A DNA stretch of 38,578 bases from contig NW_021835834.1 of the NCBI RefSeq assembly GCF_006345805.1, forward strand, positions 1-38,578, written 5' to 3'. The translations under genes were made by a program, and so were the position numbers. Shown in pieces: positions 12,447 to 24,249 of the stretch. Source of the DNA: Octopus sinensis (Eukaryota). The notes under the pieces were generated by a model. The model did not search any database. It saw nothing but the letters and a program-made list of their open reading frames with translations, and was not told where the DNA came from. Position 1 is the first letter of the stretch. Each line of letters starts with the position of its first letter.

Positions 12447-12960
12447 ATTATATTGAGGTTACACTACGGAACACCTAGCATCAACTCCTGGCACACCATT
12501 GTGCCGCAGTAAACCAGTTGAGGGGCACTGGTTCAGATGGTGCCTCAAAAGCAATCCAATGAATTTAACCTGCAATTTTTTTTAATGAAATTTTACTTTT
12601 TTGAAATTATGTTTTGAAATTATATTCAGGTTACACTACGGGACACCTAGCATCGTCTCCTGGCACACCATTGTGCCGTAGTAAACCGGTTGTGGGGCAC
12701 TGGTTCAGATGGTGCCCCAGAAGCAATCCAAAGAATTTGAACCTGCAATTTTTTGAAATAAAATTTTACTTTTTTGAAATTATATTTTGAAATTATGTTT
12801 TGAAATTATATTCAGGTTACACTACGGGACACCTAGCATCAACTCCTGGCACACCATTGTGCCGCAGTAAACCAGTTGAGGGGCACTGGTTCAGATGGTG
12901 CCTCAAAAGCAATCCAAAGAATTTGAACCTGCAATTTTTTGAAATGAAATTTTACTTTTT
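12447..12960 (+). repeat. Three tandem ~170-185-bp units
   Basis: attatatt(g/c)aggttacactacgg...ggcacaccattgtgccg...cactggttcagatggtgcc starts at ~12447, ~12619 and ~12805. Confidence 0.9.
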
Positions 12961-14318
12961 TCTTAATGTTAATCTGATTTGGATAATGCACATACCCTTT
13001 AAATATAAACAAAATATAAATAACACAAAATATATTTTAAATGTGTCTTTATTGAAAAAATCAAAAATATATTGACATGATTTAAATGTAAATGATATGC
13101 TTTTATTTGTATTAATACACATATTTAAATACACATGATTTAAATGTAAATGATATGCTTTTATTTGTATTAATACACATTTTTTAAACACGCATACACA
13201 GAGAGAAAGCATTACATATACATTTGAAACCTGGCCTGGATTTTAGGAAAGTCTCTGGAGTTATTTATAAATTATTTTAAAGCCATTCTTTGAAAAATGG
13301 TATCACAGAAGTTTAATGAGAATCATTCAGATCTATCTATTTGTTCCGCAAATCCTGTAATAAAAGTGTAGTATTTAAAATTATAATTGAAGATATTTAT
13401 GTGAAACCAATAAGCACACACACACACAGATATGCTCCACTGACTTTGTCTCATCATAGATTTCAGAAAAACGAAAATTTCTACTAATTCCTTTCAGATT
13501 GTAATTATATCGGAATTTAATATGAAAAAATAAATCGGTGGGATACGTACTAACACAAATCCCATTTTTTGGCAGAAAATTTTGTCGCATCAAATTCCAG
13601 TATAAAAAGAATCTACACCATCTGAAGTGTATTTGTAGAAAATTTCCTTAAAAAATATAGATTTTTGTGAAAGTCATGAGGCAAGTCTTTGGAGCATTCA
13701 TGTGTAGATGTGCCTCAGGTATTGCCCCTGGGTGGTTACGATGTGTCAAGGTGCATGCATTACCTGAATATCCACAATAAATATGAGTTGTATTAAATTA
13801 TAATCACAGATATATGTGTGTATGGGGGAAGGGGTCTTTGTGTCTGTGTTTGTCTTCCCTCCCCACTACTTGACAACCGGTGTTGGTGGGTTTATGTCCC
13901 TGTAACTTAGCAGTTTCACAAAAGAGATCAATAGAATAAGTACAAGGCTTCAACAAAAAAACATTTCTTCCAGGCAGTGCCCCAGTATGGCAATAAATAC
14001 ACATCAAGTAGGAAACTGCCTGGAGCGTGATCTTTCTGAGGTGGAAACTGTGTGGAAGCCCCTGGTCTATGTGTGTGTGTGTCTTTGTGTTTGTTCCCCC
14101 CACCACATGAGCAGGGTTTTTGAAAAAATGCTGCTAAACCAAGGATGATGATGAAGGTGTATATAATATGGAAGGAATTTAGCAGAAACCAAATATGCTA
14201 CATCAAATGTGTTACATCATAAGGCACAAAAAGAAAATGACTCTCCCCAGACACAACAGAATATGTTAATGCAATCATTGAAAGTCTATAAGAAGAAAAA
14301 TAAAAAAACATAGCAGTC

Positions 14319-14919
14319 TTATGCTGTAACCGGTGGATTCTGGTTTTTCATACAAGATATCCTGCGGGTGACACGGTTCATGATAGAAATGTAAAGACGC
14401 CATTTGGGTATGATACAGAAGATTATGAGAAGGATGTTTACAAGAACAAGTACAGAAACGATGACTACGGCATGGATGGAAGCACTCCGTTGGTTACGAC
14501 GATGAGGGTTCCGGTTGATCTGAATCAACGGAACAGCCTGCTCGTGAAATTAACGTGTAAGTGGCTGAGCACTCCACAGACACGTGTACCCTTAACGTAG
14601 TTCTCGGGGATATTCAGCGTGACACAGAGAGTGACAAGGCTGGGTTCCTTTGAAATACAGGTACAACAGAAACAGGAAGTAAGAGTGAGAGAAAGTTGTG
14701 GTGAAAGAGTACAGCAGGGATCACCACCATCCCCTGCTGGAGCCTCGTGGAGCTTTAGGTGTTTTCGCTCAATAAACACTCACAACGCCTGGTCTGGGAA
14801 TCAAAACCGCAATCCTATGACCGCGAGTCCACTGCCTTAACCACTGGGCCATTGCACCTCCACGACTACGGCATAGGTGGATATGCATGTTCCTGATCCA
14901 TTAGCTTCAAACCCAGTAG
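14319..14919 (-). pseudogene. Duplicated terminal transmembrane exon (copy A), interrupted by a SINE
   Basis: Acceptor ttcatcttttgcAG at 14921-14920, phase 1. Without the SINE it reads (A)TGFEANGSGTCISTYAVVIVSVLVLVNILLIIFCIIPKWRLYISIMNRVTRRISCMKNQNPPVTA*. With the SINE it stops at 14839-14837. Confidence 0.75.
14474..14863 (-). mobile_element. tRNA-derived SINE family B2 with an 11-bp TSD
   Basis: The TSD gactacggcat is at 14463-14473 and 14864-14874; head GGTGCAATGGCCCAGTGGTTAAGGCAG...GGTTTTGATTCCC. Confidence 0.92.
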
Positions 14920-17073
14920 CTGCAAAAGATGAACAAGAAAACATATACTTTTTGTATTTAAGCAAAGATAGTAATATCAATAAGGCTGAACCCTTTTGAT
15001 CCCAACCTGCTCAAAACCACCCTTGTTTTTATTGTATGAATTCCCTGTTTTGAAGAGATCTAAAGTAAAACCTTCCATCAAGGCTTCAAATAAACTTGTG
15101 TTCCAAACACTAGCTTAGTAAGGACGAGGTTATTTCATTGAATTCTTTACTATTTCCAAAATTTATTGAAACAAAGGCAATGCATTTCAGCAGAAATATG
15201 GTAAGAAAAGGATTAACACACACAATTATCTTAAGACTATTATGTCTAACTGATTAAATGACCCCCTTCAGATCAGTCCATCATTTAGAAAGGTTACGTA
15301 GTATTAACAAGGGGGACTGACTTCTCAACACAAAAAATGGATGGTCAACAGATCAGTCCATCATTTACCAGGGGCAGCATATACATTTACCCGTTATTTA
15401 AGCATAATTAATTTCCTCGTTATTCAAACAGAAACTGAAACTTTCTTGTTTATTAAATTAGATGCAAACTCTGCATGAGGCTTCCTAACATTTTTGTGTA
15501 ATTAAATTTTGTGTATTGGTGTAATTTTTCATGCTGAATCTTAGGAGATAATTCACTTTTTCCACAAAAATATTAAAATAAGCTTCAGGGCTTTAAAGTT
15601 TGATCATTTTTACCCAGTCAGAAAACGGGATTTGGAAGCTGTCATTTTGTGCATGGCTGCACATGTTGTGAACTGTAAACAAATGAAATATTGTTGGAAT
15701 TCTGCTTTATGCATCCCATAAAACCCCTTAAGACATTTTTATTTTTATTTTTTGGAATCTTCAGAAAATTTTAGTGAATTTGCATTCTACACACAAAAAT
15801 TCATACAGTTATGCAAACACAAAACAAAATGCATGATTTGAGACCTATTTAGCTGTTATTTTTAGCACATCTGATGATCACTTCATACTGCATATGTTTT
15901 AAGCATTTGAAAACAGAGAAAAAGAACACATGGTAAGCAACTTGGCTTGTTGTTATGGAAACAAAAATTGTAGATATTGAAGTGAAAGCCAAGCAGAAAT
16001 GATCTTAGTTTTACTAATTAATTAAACGACTTCAGTCTAACTTCACAGGAATTTAGTTTACATCACAGGTAATGGTCGAGCCTGATAAGGTACGATTTTT
16101 GACAAGGATTTACGATTGTTTACACAGCAATAAGATTTTTTTTTCAACAAGTTTCTTCCTACCACTTAGTCTTTCAAATTTTCACCTGATTACTTTTAAA
16201 AAAATATAGTTCTGATGTAGTTTTGGATACTGATAATGAAAATCACAATCATTATTTCTAAAAACAAATAATAAAAAAGTTACATGCACTTAAAGTTAAG
16301 TAATTTTAGCCAATCGAAATCATCCATTGTTCACATATTGCTATTGCCATGGAGATTAACACAAACATAACTATTATGTGGTCTCTTGACTTGTTAGAAA
16401 TAGCTTTCAGAAAAAAATCACATTTTTTGGCAGAAAATTTTGTCACATCAAATTCCAGTATAAAAAGAATCTACACCATCTGAAGTGGATTTGTAGAAAA
16501 TTTCCTTAAAAAATATAGACTTTTGTGAAAGTCATTGGAGCATTCATGTGTAGATGTGCCCCAGGTATTGTCCCTGGGTGGTTACTATGTGTCATGGTGC
16601 ATGCATTACCTGAATATCCATAATAAAAATAAATTGTATTCAATTATAATCACAGACATATGTGTGTATGGGGGAAGGGGTCTTTGTGTCTGTGTTTGTC
16701 CTCCCTCCCCACTACTTGACAACAGGTGTTGGTGGGTTTATGTCCCTGTAACTTAGCAGTTTCGCAAAAGAGATCAAAAGAATAAGTACAAGGCTTCAAT
16801 AACAAAAAATTTCTTCCAGGCAGTGCCCCAGTATGGCCATAAATTGGGAGTGAAATGTGTTGATAACAATTAGCAACAAGTAGGAAACTACCTGGAGGGT
16901 GATCTTTCTGAGGTGGAAACTGTGTGGAAGCCCCTGGTCTATGTGTGTGTGTGTCTTTGTGTTTGTACCCCCCACCACTTGAGCAGGGTTTTTGAAAAGA
17001 TGAGGCTAAACCAATGATGATGATGAAGGTGTATATAATATGGAAGGAATTTAGTAGAAACCAAATATGCTAA

Positions 17074-17300
17074 TGACTTGACTTGACAGCATTCACCCGG
17101 GGTGGGCTGAGCTGGCTTCATTCATCCTCAATGCTGCATCTCTCACAAACGCTGACCAGACCTGGCGATTTGAGGCTCACGACCATGTGATCTCCAACCA
17201 CTCCTTATTCCAGCAGCAAATGCCATAGATGTGGGGGCCTAGGTTGGGTTCCAGATCAGCCTTGACTGTCATCAGCCAGGTTTTTCGTTGTCCAATACCC
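17074..17300 (-). mobile_element. RTE-clade LINE 3' end fragment with a (CAAGT)n tail, present only in copy B
   Basis: Minus strand reads GQRKTWLMTVKADLEP...NRQVWSAFVRDA and ends ...TGTCAAGTCAAGTCA. Confidence 0.7.
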
Positions 17301-17386
17301 TTCAAATATTCCTCATGTATATCGCAAAATATGCTAAAGCAATCATTGAAATTCTATAAGAAAAAAAATCACAAAACATAGCATTC

Positions 17387-17586
17387 TTACGCTGTAGCCG
17401 GTGGATTCTTGTATCTCTTGCGAGATATCCACTTGTTGACACGGTTCCTGATCCAAATGAAAGGTTGGCATTTGAATATGATACAGAAGATTATGAAGAT
17501 GGCTACAAGACCAAGTACAGAAATGACGACATAGATATGTATGCTGGTTCTTGATCCATTAGCTTCCAAACCTTTTGTTTCTTCAT
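17387..17586 (-). CDS. Terminal exon of a single-pass receptor-like gene: stalk, transmembrane helix and ~28-aa basic cytoplasmic tail
   Basis: Acceptor ttcatcttttgcAG (17588-17587), phase 1; (D)EETKGLEANGSRTSIHIYVVISVLGLVAIFIIFCIIFKCQPFIWIRNRVNKWISRKRYKNPPATA*. Hydrophobic run of ~22 aa followed by K/R-rich residues. Confidence 0.8.
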
Positions 17587-18289
17587 CTGCAAAAGATGAA
17601 CAAGAAAACATATACTTTTTGTTTTTAAGCAAAGATAGTAATATCAATAAGGCTGAACCCTTTTGATCCCAACCTGCTCAAAACCACCCTTGTTTTTATT
17701 GTACGAATTCCCTGTTTTAAAGAGATCTAAAGTAAAACCTTCCATCAAGGCTTCAAATAAACTTGTGTTCCAAACACTAGCTTAGTAAGGACGAGGTTAT
17801 TTCATTGAATTCTTTACTATTTCCAAAATTTATTGAAACAAAGGCAATGCATTTCAACAGAAATATGGTAAGAAAAGGATTAACACACACAATTATCTTA
17901 AGACTATTATGTCTAACTGATTAAATGACCCCCTTCAGATCAGTCCATCATTTAGAAAGGTTACGTAGCATTAACAAGGGGGACTGACTTTTCAACACAA
18001 AAGTGGATGGTCAACAGATGAGTCCATCATTTACCAGGGGCAGCATATACATTTACCCGTTATTTAAGCATAATTAATTTCCTCGTTATTGAAATAGAAA
18101 CTGAAACTTTCTTATTTATTAAATTAGATGCAAACTCTGCACGAGGCTTCCTAACATTCTTGTGTAATTAAATTTGGTGGCTCAAACAAAATGTTAACAA
18201 ATTCTAGCATTGAAAATGGCAGGTGTAAAGAATTGTGAGGTGAGATAATATTGAGGGTTACGGGGAAGGCAAAAGGGGGTCATTTCAAA

Positions 18290-18683
18290 TCTTTATATAT
18301 AAATGTGAAGTTGTGTGTCTGTCTCCTACGATTTAGATTCCTAACTACTCCCACATTTTGCGGTGCAGTGTAACCAAAAGCAGGTATCTTATAGTCGTGA
18401 TTCATATCGAGCCCTTCTGGTTATTAGCGCGTGTCTACGATGAGTCTACGATTTTAAAATATATTACCATCATTTTTTCCCATTTTTGATGCATTTTTTT
18501 GCTATTATATAAGGTAAGTAACTCTCTAAAAATGTATTATTAAATCTCAGAACGTAAAAAGCTACAGTAACACCCCCCTTTGTGGTTAGCCATTTTGAGA
18601 TGGCTATTATACTTTACATCTCTAAAAATACTTATATAGTTATTTCCCTTACAAACCCGAGCAACACCGGGCGATACTGCTAG
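18290..18683 (+). mobile_element. Non-autonomous Helitron (~390 bp)
   Basis: Begins TC after an A, ends with the hairpin CCCGAGCAACACCGGG and then CTAG, followed by T; canonical Helitron termini and A|T target. Confidence 0.85.
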
Positions 18684-18813
18684 TTGTAAATATATCTGTA
18701 AAATAAATATAACCATTATCCTATAAGCTTTCATTAAGCAAAACGTAAATCTGTTGCTAAAATAGATAATTAGTAAATATATATCCTGCAACTGATAGAA
18801 GGATTATACAGAA

Positions 18814-19186
18814 CTAGCATTATCGCCCGGCGTTGCTCGGGTTTGTAAGGGAAATAACTATAAAGCATTTTTAGAGAGTTATAGCCAAAAAATAGAAAAA
18901 AAATGAAGGTAAATTTTTTTTGAGAGTTAAAACGGTCGAGTTGCGTCATCTAGACAGTCTGTGGTTTGTGTTTCTGATTCTCGACCCCATGTCGAATTTA
19001 TCGATTTTTTTCAGAACTGGGGAAACTTTTCAAAATTTTCTCTGCATTAGTTTTGAATTATGACATTGGGCTATGTGTGTGTTAAGTTTAATCAGAATCG
19101 GTTGAAAGCCGTGGTCAGGGTGAGGGTACAACCTAACAGACACACAGAAACACACACAGACAAACTGCCGTTTATATAGAGAGAGA
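18814..19186 (-). mobile_element. Non-autonomous Helitron with a different 5' body and the same 3' end
   Basis: CTAG plus CCCGGCGTTGCTCGGG on the plus strand at 18814; the other end reads TCTCTCTATATAAACGG on the minus strand. Confidence 0.75.
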
Positions 19187-19433
19187 CTGGTAAAGACATT
19201 GGTTTCTGTCAATTTTTGCTCTTACTAATATTTTTCTCTTTGAATTCTTTCACAAACAAGAAACTAGAAAATGCCAAATCCTTTCTATAACAATTAAATA
19301 GTACAATAGACAGACGATCCTCAAGAACGAAGCTAATTAATCCATTCAGTCAACTACAAATATATCCCACCAAGGGTCATAATGAAAACTTCTTAACATG
19401 AAAACAAAAAAAAACTAATTCAGAAGAAACTTT

Positions 19434-20395
19434 GGATCTTTTCGGTTTGAACGGCAGTTTTTTCGAGCGGTGTCATATGAAATTGTCACCCATAATTATG
19501 ACCCTAGTATCGATCCATTGCATTTCAATCTATTTTAGGGTTAGGGGTGGGGGGAAGGGTATCTTTTTTTCTACAGAAATGTAAATAAACCCAATCTGTT
19601 TCTTAAACGAGGGACATATTCATACGGCACAGAATGTTTTTTTTTTACCTCAATAGACGTGATTGATTGGTTGAAATTGCAGAAATTGAAGAAAAAAAAC
19701 AACAAATATCTTACAAACAATAGAATTTTCTCAATAAAGCCAAGAGAAAAAGATATTTTATAAACACATTCTACCAGTATACGAAGTTTAAAAGTGTTCA
19801 GTTATGTGGAAATTAATTAAAAAAACTGCCGGTCAAACCGCAAAGATCCTATTTCTTAAATGAGGGACATATTCATACGGTGCAGAATGATTTTTTACGT
19901 CAATAGATGTGATTGATTGGTTGAAATTGCAGAAATTGAAGAAAAAAAACAACAAATATCTTACAAACTAGAGAATTTTCTCAATAAAGCCAAGAGAAAA
20001 AGATGTTTTATAAACACATTCTACCAGTATACGAAGTTTAAAAGTGTTTAGTTACCTGGAAATTATGTTAAAAGAACTGCCGGTCAAACCGAAAAGACCC
20101 AAATCTCTTACAAACTATAGAATTTTCTCAATAAAGCCAAGAGAAAAAGATGTTTTATAAACACATTCTACCAGTATACGAAGTTTAAAAGTGTTTAGTT
20201 ACGTGGAAATTATTTTTAAAAACTGCTGTTCAAACCGACAAGACCCAAATATCTTACAAACTATAGAATTTTCTCAATAAAACCAAGAGAATAAGATGTT
20301 TTATAAACACATTCTACCAGTATACGAAGTTTAAAAGTGTTTAGTTACCTGGAAATTATGTTAAAAAACTGCCGGTCAAATGGAAAAGATCCAAA
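19434..20395. mobile_element. GGATC-TIR MITE followed by three tandem re-duplications of its right part
   Basis: TIR at 19434; right-TIR copies end at ~19850, ~20100, ~20245 and ~20393. Confidence 0.85.
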
Positions 20396-20479
20396 ATTTT
20401 TGTAATTGTTCAGTTACAAACTGTGATTTTGATTAAGTATTAGAAAAATATTTGCATGATGATGATGACAACGGGGGGG

Positions 20480-21470
20480 GAGGGGCAACGGCAGCGCGTG
20501 AGCTGCCAGAATCCTTTTTATGCTGGATGAAATGCTTAGCAGTTTTTCAGCTGTTGTCACATTCTGAGTTCAAACTCCACCAAGGTCTTTCATCCTTTCA
20601 GGGTCGATAAATTAAGTACCCATTAAACACTGAGGACAAAGTAATTGTCCCCGCTCCACAAAATTCAGGCCTTGTACCTATGGCAAGGGTCTTACTATCA
20701 TCATCATCATCATCGAAGGTGTGAGCTGACAGAACTATTACTGCACCAGAAAAAAGGTCCTGTGGCAAGCTGGCAGAAACATTAGCACGCCGGGCAAAAT
20801 GCATAGCCGTGTTTTGTCTGCCGTTATGTTCTGAGTTCAAATTCCGCCAAGGTGGACTTTGCCTTTCATGCTTTCGGGGTCGATAAATTAAGTACCAGTT
20901 ACACACTGGGGTTGATGTAATCAGCTTAATACCTATGTCTGTCCTTGTTTGTCCCCTCTGTCTTTTAGGCCCTTGTGGGTAGTAAAGAAATAGGTATTTC
21001 GTCTGCCGCTACATTCATCATCATCATCATCGTTTAACGTCCGTTTTCTGCGCTAGCACAGGTTGGATGGTTCGACCAGGACCTGGGAAGCCAGGGGCTG
21101 CACCAGGCTCCAGTCTGATCTGGCAGTGTTTCTACAGCTGGATGCCCTTCCTAACGCCAACCACTCTGCGAGTGTAGTGGGTGCTTTTTACGTGCCACCA
21201 GCACAGGTGCCAGGGGAGTCTGGCATCGGCCACGATCGGTTGGTGCTTTTAACGTGCCAAGGCGGCGCTGGCATCGGCCAATTCTGAGTTCAAATTCCGC
21301 CAAGGTGGACTTTGCCTTTCATCCTTTCGGGGTCGATAAATTAAGTGCCAGTTACGCATTGGAGTTGATGTAATCAGCTTAATACCTATGTCTGTCCTTG
21401 TTTGTCCCCTCTGTCTTTTAAGCCCTTGTGGGTAGTAAAGAAATAGGTATTTTTTTTTTACCCATTAACC
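20480..21470 (+). mobile_element. Cluster of SINE family C fragments (TTCTGAGTTCAAATTCCGCC...CTTTCATCCTTTCGGGGTCGATAAATTAAGTACCAG) with a nested (GAT)n-tailed element at ~21016-21280
   Basis: The motif recurs at ~20565, ~20830 and ~21283, and again at 23235-23770, 33265-33530 and 38410-38578. Confidence 0.8.
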
Positions 21471-21651
21471 CCTGAGTTCAAATACTGCTAAGGTCAGCTT
21501 TGCCTTTCATTCCTTTGGGGTTGATGAAATAAAGGACCGACTAAATATACTCAAATTAATGGAATTGAGGAACCTCTTCCACATGAAATTCCTGACCTTG
21601 CACCAAAATTAGAATTATTATTGTTATTATTAGCAAAAGCGATTTCCTTAC

Positions 21652-21900
21652 CTTTCATCACCAAAGTATAACTTTCTGAGCAGAAATAGTAGTCACAAAA
21701 ACTCCAAGTCAAATCTTGTTCAGTGACATTATGGATCAAAAGAGTTGAGCTGTTACCCTTGTAATGAACTTCATAATTTCCTTTATTCTCACAAGTATCT
21801 ACACATTGAAGATAATTAAACTCGTTAACCCACAAAACTGGTGTTCCAATCAAGCTTGATTCGATATGAATAGTAGCATTTTTTCCTAATACAACTGGTG
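21652..21900 (-). CDS. Extracellular domain exon 2 (249 nt, phase 1-1), probable atypical Ig-like domain
   Basis: Acceptor tttttatttcAG, donor GTAAGG. PVVLGKNATIHIESSLIGTPVLWVNEFNYLQCVDTCENKGNYEVHYKGNSSTLLIHNVTEQDLTWSFCDYYFCSESYTLVMK; sequons NAT, NSS, NVT; homologous to 27199-27444. Confidence 0.85.
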
Positions 21901-22123
21901 CTGAAATAAAAAGGTAAAAGTCAATATTATTGATTTGTTTCCCATATGAAAGATTTCTGTTTTTTTTTGTTTTTTTTCATCATCATCGCCAATTTAACAT
22001 TTATTTTTCCCTACTTGGGATCAGAGTTTTCTTTGTGCACAATTGGATGCACTTCCTGTCCTAATAGGTACTCGGACTGCATAGGCAGTCCAATATCGCC
22101 TCCGCAGGTGGCTGCGGAGGTAA

Positions 22124-22417
22124 TCTTTATATATAAAACTAAAGTTGTGTGTGTGTCTGTCTACTCCGATTTAGATTCCTAACTACTCCCACATTTTGCG
22201 GTGCAGTTTAACCAAAAGCGGGTATCTTATAGTCATGATTCATATCGAGCCCTTCTGGGTTTTAGCGCGTGTCTACGATGAGTCTACGATTTAAAAAAAA
22301 ATTTACGTTCATTTTTCCGCATTATTAACGCATTGTTGCTCAGTTTATGTAAGGGAAGTAACTCTCTAAAAATGCTTATATAGTTATTTCCCTTACAATG
22401 CCGAGCGATACTATTAG
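22124..22417 (+). mobile_element. Non-autonomous Helitron, internally deleted
   Basis: TCTTTATATATAAAA start; body matches 18290-18683; degenerate 3' end (TTAG). Confidence 0.75.
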
Positions 22418-22859
22418 TAGAACATAAAATTCTATCAAGGGTCATAGCGACCTTTGACAAGAAAGAGTTTGCTTTCCTCTTCACGGGCCCCAACTTGTCG
22501 GTGCAGAGTTGTCTGCAGGTGGCAAGGCAACTTGCTTGGGGGCTCCGATGAGGAGGATTCACCTTATTTCTATTGATATTTTTGTATTCGAGGGCTTGTT
22601 GTGTTCAATTGGATGTTCTTCCTGTCCTAATATCCCAGTTTGTTGAATAACAAAGAGCCTGGACATGCTTTACCTAGTAAACTGGAAACAAACGACCCCA
22701 TATAAACGAGCCTTTTGTTTACTAAGATTGTGCAGAGTAAGATACACCCTTGTCACCCATAAAGTTAATCAAGTTGTACAGAAATTTCTATGCCACTGAA
22801 ACCAGGAAACTGGCCCTTATGAGCCTGGCATCGCTTGAGAAGGAAATCAAGTTGTAGTC

Positions 22860-23165
22860 AGATGTTACAAGCATAAAGGAGAGGCCTTAAATGTGATTGA
22901 CCAGGTCAAGAAAGTTATAATTAATTAGAAACAGAATTAGACTTGATGAGATGCAGTTTGATTTTCTGCCAGGAAGAAGGACTACTGCTGCCATCTACTG
23001 AGTAAAACAACTTCAGATGTATTTAGCTAAAAAATAAACCATTTCACTTGGCATTTGTTGACTTGGAGACAGCTTTTGACAGGATATGGAGATCTCTGAG
23101 GAAGCTAGGAGTTGACAAATGGCTTGTGAGGGCTGGATACGCCATGTATAGGGGTGCTGTAAGAG
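22860..23165 (+). mobile_element. Degenerate RTE-clade RT fragment
   Basis: ...LDEMQFDFLPGRRTT...AFVDLETAFDRIWRSLRKLGVDKWLVR, with stops. Confidence 0.8.
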
Positions 23166-23189
23166 TTAATACAGCAGACGAAGGTGACG

Positions 23190-23770
23190 AGCTGGCAGAA
23201 CCGTTAGCATGCCGGGCGAAATACCTAGCTGTATTTCGTTTGCCGTTACGTTGTGAGTTCAAATTCCGCCGAGGTCGACTTTGCCTTTCATCATTTCGGG
23301 GTCAATAAATTCAGTACCAGTTACGCACTGGGGTCAATATAATCGACTTAATACCTTTCTCTGTCCTTGTTTGTCCCCACTGTGTTCAGCCCCTTTTGGA
23401 TAGTGAAGAAATAGGTATTTCGTCTGCCGTTATGTTCTGAGTTCAAATTCCGCCAAGGTCAACTTTGCCTTTAATCCTTTCGGGGTCGATAAATTAAGTA
23501 CCAGTTACGCACTGGGGTCAATATAATCGACTTAATACCTTTCTCTGTCCTTGTTTGTCCCCTCTGTGTTTAGCCTCTTGTGGGCAGTAAAGAAATAAGT
23601 ATTTCGTCTGCCGTTATGTTCTGAGTTCAAATTCCGCCAAGGTCAACTTTGCCTTTAATCCTTTTGGGGTCGATAAATTAAGTACCAATTATGCACTGGG
23701 GTCGATGAAATCGACTTAATTTGTTTGTTTGTCCCCCCTGTGTTTAGCCCCTTGTGGGTAACAAAAAGAA
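23190..23770 (+). mobile_element. Tandem SINE family C copies (~180-bp period, three units)
   Basis: gtatttcgtctgccgttatgttctgagttcaaattccgcc repeats at ~23230, ~23415 and ~23600. Confidence 0.8.
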
Positions 23771-24099
23771 ATAAATACAGCAGTGAATTTAAGTTCCGGT
23801 AAGATTTCACCAAGGTTCCGTTCTCAGTACCTTCCTATTCATCAGTGTGCAGGCACATGGCCTAGTGGCTAGAGTTGCGGACACACAGTCGAGGGATCAC
23901 GGGTTCGAATCTCAGACTGGGCGATGTATGTGCTTATGAGCAAAACACCTAAGCTCCACGTTGCTCTGGCAGAAGGTAATGGCAAACTGATCAGAAAAGG
24001 AAATAAAAAAGTAACCAAAAACTCTGAGTTAAGGGAAAGAAACAGAAGACAGAATTGGAAAGAGTGTCTAGCGTAAAAGGAGTTTGTAAATCCATTTAC

Positions 24100-24138
24100 C
24101 GTTTTGGGTCATCTTATAAATTTCTATTCTTGTCGAAT
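24100..24138 (-). CDS. 39-nt linker micro-exon (phase 1-1)
   Basis: catcttttacAG|ATTCGACAAGAATAGAAATTTATAAGATGACCCAAAACG|GTAAAT gives (N)STRIEIYKMTQN(A) and joins both domain exons in frame. Confidence 0.75.
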
Positions 24139-24249
24139 CTGTAAAAGATGAAAACAAAAAAAGATGACAACAAAGAAAAAAGATGAAAACAAAAAACGAT
24201 GTAAACAAAAATTTTTGAGTTTCAGATTTTACATTCAATCAACAGGATT

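Larger units (their letters stand above)
13565..15507. repeat. Segmental duplicate, copy A (terminal exon, 3' flank and upstream intron); paralogous to 16425-18175
   Basis: Both copies start ttttttggcagaaaattttgtc and end gtgtaattaaattt; colinear throughout. Confidence 0.92.
16425..18175. repeat. Segmental duplicate, copy B
   Basis: Colinear with 13565-15507. Confidence 0.92.

Noticed and set aside
13077-13180. Two copies of a ~59-bp AT-rich unit
   Set aside because: Simple local slippage duplication with no further structure.
22099-22120. Perfect 9-bp GC hairpin CCTCCGCAG-GTGG-CTGCGGAGG
   Set aside because: Isolated, abuts a Helitron 5' end and has no terminator meaning in a eukaryotic intron; probably a repeat remnant.
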